From positions 1-64,000 of the forward strand of contig CAVTHK010000013.1 in assembly GCA_963734495.1 (NCBI GenBank): 64,000 nucleotides of DNA, given 5' to 3'. A program made the position numbers and the translations under genes. This DNA comes from an uncultured Spirochaetota bacterium. Lineage in GTDB: Bacteria; Spirochaetota; Spirochaetia; SZUA-6; CAVTHK01. Each line of letters opens with the position of its first letter. The first letter of the stretch is position 1. The notes beneath the pieces are model-generated. The model had not been told where the DNA came from, ran no database searches, and saw only the letters and a program-made list of their open reading frames with translations. Positions 62,193 through 64,000 of this stretch are shown piece after piece.

Positions 62193-62249
62193 TTAGGTGG
62201 GCTGGCGCACTGGGATCAACGGTACGTTCGACTCGTCAGAGGGAACCAT
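62193..62249 (-). CDS. Putative 18-aa leader peptide MVPSDESNVPLIPVRQPT
   Basis: G-rich RBS GGGAGGGGAG directly before the ATG; lies between the promoter and the PLP gene. Confidence 0.35.
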   Translation of the reverse strand: MVPSDESNVPLIPVRQPT

Positions 62250-62281
62250 CTCCCCTCCCATAAAGCTGAGTATCGGGATAA

Positions 62282-62310
62282 AGAATAACGCACCTGCGCC
62301 GGATATGCAA
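62282..62310 (-). promoter_or_regulatory. Sigma70-like promoter TTGCAT-N17-TATTCT
   Basis: Consensus-like hexamers with a 17-nt spacer upstream of the PLP operon. Confidence 0.6.
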
Positions 62311-62324
62311 GCGCCAGGCGCTTT

Positions 62325-62384
62325 GGCCCGGCGTACTCGCCGGGGAGGGCGCGGGCCCCCGAAGGCCCGGCGTACTCGCCGGGG
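62325..62384. repeat. Two identical 21-bp hairpin repeats GGCCCGGCGTACTCGCCGGGG
   Basis: Copies at 62325-62345 and 62364-62384. Confidence 0.8.
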
Positions 62385-62467
62385 TGCGCAGCCATGGATG
62401 GCGTAGGCGCCGGGCAAGGGGAAGAAGGCCGCCGCCCGTCCGCCTCCGCCGCGGCCGCAGGTCGGTC

Positions 62468-63215
62468 TCAGGCGCCGCGGCTGCGCGGCAACCAGACGAC
62501 GCGCATGCGGCAGACTTCTCTGTTCTCGGCGAGCTCCACGATCGTGTGCCGCGACTCCGTCCCGTCCGCGACCGTGCGCACGGCGACGGTGTGGCCGATG
62601 AGCGCCTCGGACAGGTAGGCCGCCTCGATCGTCTTGATCTCGCCCCCGGTGAGCCTGTCGGCGGGCTGGCTGTCGAGGACCCATTCGAAGTAGCGCACGT
62701 TGTTGACGTGCCCGTTGATGTCGATGTCCGAGTAGAGGACCTTCCGTTCCTGCTCCTCGCACGGGAGGCGCCGCGGCCTCGATCCGGTCCGGGAGGCCCG
62801 ACACCAGCTCCCGCGGCTCGACTTCGGCCAGCGCGGGCATCACCTGCTGCGGCCGCCTCGGCCGGCGCGAGGCGACGTCGATGATGAGCCAGCCGGTGCT
62901 CGCGCGGCCGCATTCCCTGCCCGCGGCGTCGCGGATCCGGTAGTCCCGCAGCGCGTGCATGCGGCTGACGCCGACCGGCCAGGTCTCCACGAAGACCCGC
63001 TCGCCCCACGCCGGGTAGCGGTCCATCTGCAGGCGCAGCCGCGAAAGCACCCACCCGAGCGGCCCGCCTTCGCGCGGGTCGAGGGACTGGCCCAGCGCGC
63101 TCGCGTGGTTCCACGCGGTCTCCTGCAGGTAGCGCAGCGTCGCGGCCGGCGACAGCCGGCCCGTGGCGTCGGACTCGTAGGACCTCACGACGTACTCGTC
63201 GCACGCGGCTTGCAT
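62468..63215 (-). CDS. Acyl-ACP thioesterase (double hotdog), frameshifted
   Basis: VRSYESD, YLQETA, WVLSR, VETWP and SDIDINGHVNNVRY. Confidence 0.88.
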
Positions 63216-63314
63216 GGCTCCAAGGTTACCAGTGCCGCCGCCGGCGCGCCAAGCCGCGTGCCGCCCTGCTCTCGCTTTACTCCCATCGGCCGGAAGACCT
63301 ATCCTGTCCTTCCG

Positions 63315-64000
63315 ATGACGCCCTCCCCCGTCGGCCGGCGCACCGCCGGAATGCTCCTCGTCGCCCTGTCCGCTGCCTCGTTCGGCGCGATGCCGATCTT
63401 CGCCCGCTTCGCCTATGCCGACGGGGTCTCGCCGGTGACGCTCCTCGCCTTCCGCTTTACCCTGGCTTCCGCCGCGATGCTCGTCCTGCAGCGGGTTCGG
63501 CGGCGGCCGATGCCGCGAGGCGCCCGCCTCGTGGGCCTGGTGCTGATGGGAGCCGTCGGCTACGTCGGCCAGTCCCTCTGCTACTTCACGGCGCTGCTTC
63601 ACGCCTCGGCGAGCATGGTCGCGCTGCTGCTCTACCTGTATCCCGCCCTCGTGGCCCTTCTCGCGGCCGCCTGCCTCGGCGAGCGGCTCGCCCCGCCGCG
63701 CCTGGCCGCTCTCGGCCTCGCGCTCGCAGGCACGGTCCTGATCGTGCGGATCGGCGGGTCGACCGACGCGGCAGGGATCCTGCTCGGCATCGGGGCGGCG
63801 GTGATCTACTCCGTCTACATCATCGCGGGCACGCGCCTGGTGCCGGCGGGCGGCGCCACCGAAGCTTCGACCGTGGTGATCGCTTCGGCCGCCGTCGTCT
63901 ACCTCGCCGTCGCGGGTGTCTCGGGCCCGCGCCTGCCCGCCACGGCGGCCGGCTACCTGGCGATCGGGGCCATCGCGATCGTGTCCACGGTCGTGGCGAT
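63315..64000 (+). CDS. DMT/EamA family transporter (runs off the window end)
   Basis: LSAASFGAMPIFARFAY, LLAFRF, QSLCYFTAL and LLLYLYPALV. Confidence 0.88.
   Translation, partial: MTPSPVGRRTAGMLLVALSAASFGAMPIFARFAYADGVSPVTLLAFRFTLASAAMLVLQRVRRRPMPRGARLVGLVLMGAVGYVGQSLCYFTALLHASASMVALLLYLYPALVALLAAACLGERLAPPRLAALGLALAGTVLIVRIGGSTDAAGILLGIGAAVIYSVYIIAGTRLVPAGGATEASTVVIASAAVVYLAVAGVSGPRLPATAAGYLAIGAIAIVSTVVA

Noticed and set aside
62215-62262. Fluoride riboswitch (GGAGATGG...CCTC start on the minus strand)
   Set aside because: The downstream GCTGATG pseudoknot segment is missing, so only the first few bases resemble the motif.
36473-63215. Widespread pseudogenisation or programmed frameshifting
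   Set aside because: Single-base indels are scattered across many unrelated housekeeping genes (e.g. proB, NUDIX, thioesterase), which is typical of long-read consensus error.

Overview
GC-rich bacterial window. A Spirochaetota-like host is inferred from the style of the solute-binding-protein signal peptides; this is unverified. Many single-base frameshifts point to long-read indel errors. (1) 1-~8.1 kb is an imperfect giant inverted repeat that folds back at ~4057-4073 inside a 279-bp-repeat lipoprotein gene. This is probably a fold-back chimera, but the two arms also differ at many synonymous sites, which suggests a second diverged copy of the element. (2) ~5.7-14.6 kb is an integrative element: two tandem tyrosine recombinases, iteron-like repeats, an MCM-like P-loop ATPase, a degenerate DnaG-like primase, a divergent XRE repressor, an Nmad2-Nmad3 pair, a SLOG-fold gene, a small ORF, then a conserved promoter firing into a variable gene slot that ends at a recurring att-like site. 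The SLOG/ORF/promoter/att module recurs at 32.7-33.9 kb with a different gene in the slot, and a third att-like site lies at ~16.0 kb. Together these suggest a tandem-accreting, integron-like gene-capture platform, the best candidate here for an undescribed system. (3) 18-31.5 kb holds two mirror-image sugar ABC/epimerase/dehydrogenase clusters, followed by HicAB. (4) From ~36.5 kb the sequence looks like core genome (GHL6, truA, fucosidase, sulfatase, proB, RlmI-like, KdgK-like, VapBC and others). It includes an uncharacterised PLP-enzyme + DUF1611 + MurL/QueC-like operon preceded by an 18-aa leader ORF, TACT-loop hairpin repeats, and many apparently leaderless promoters.
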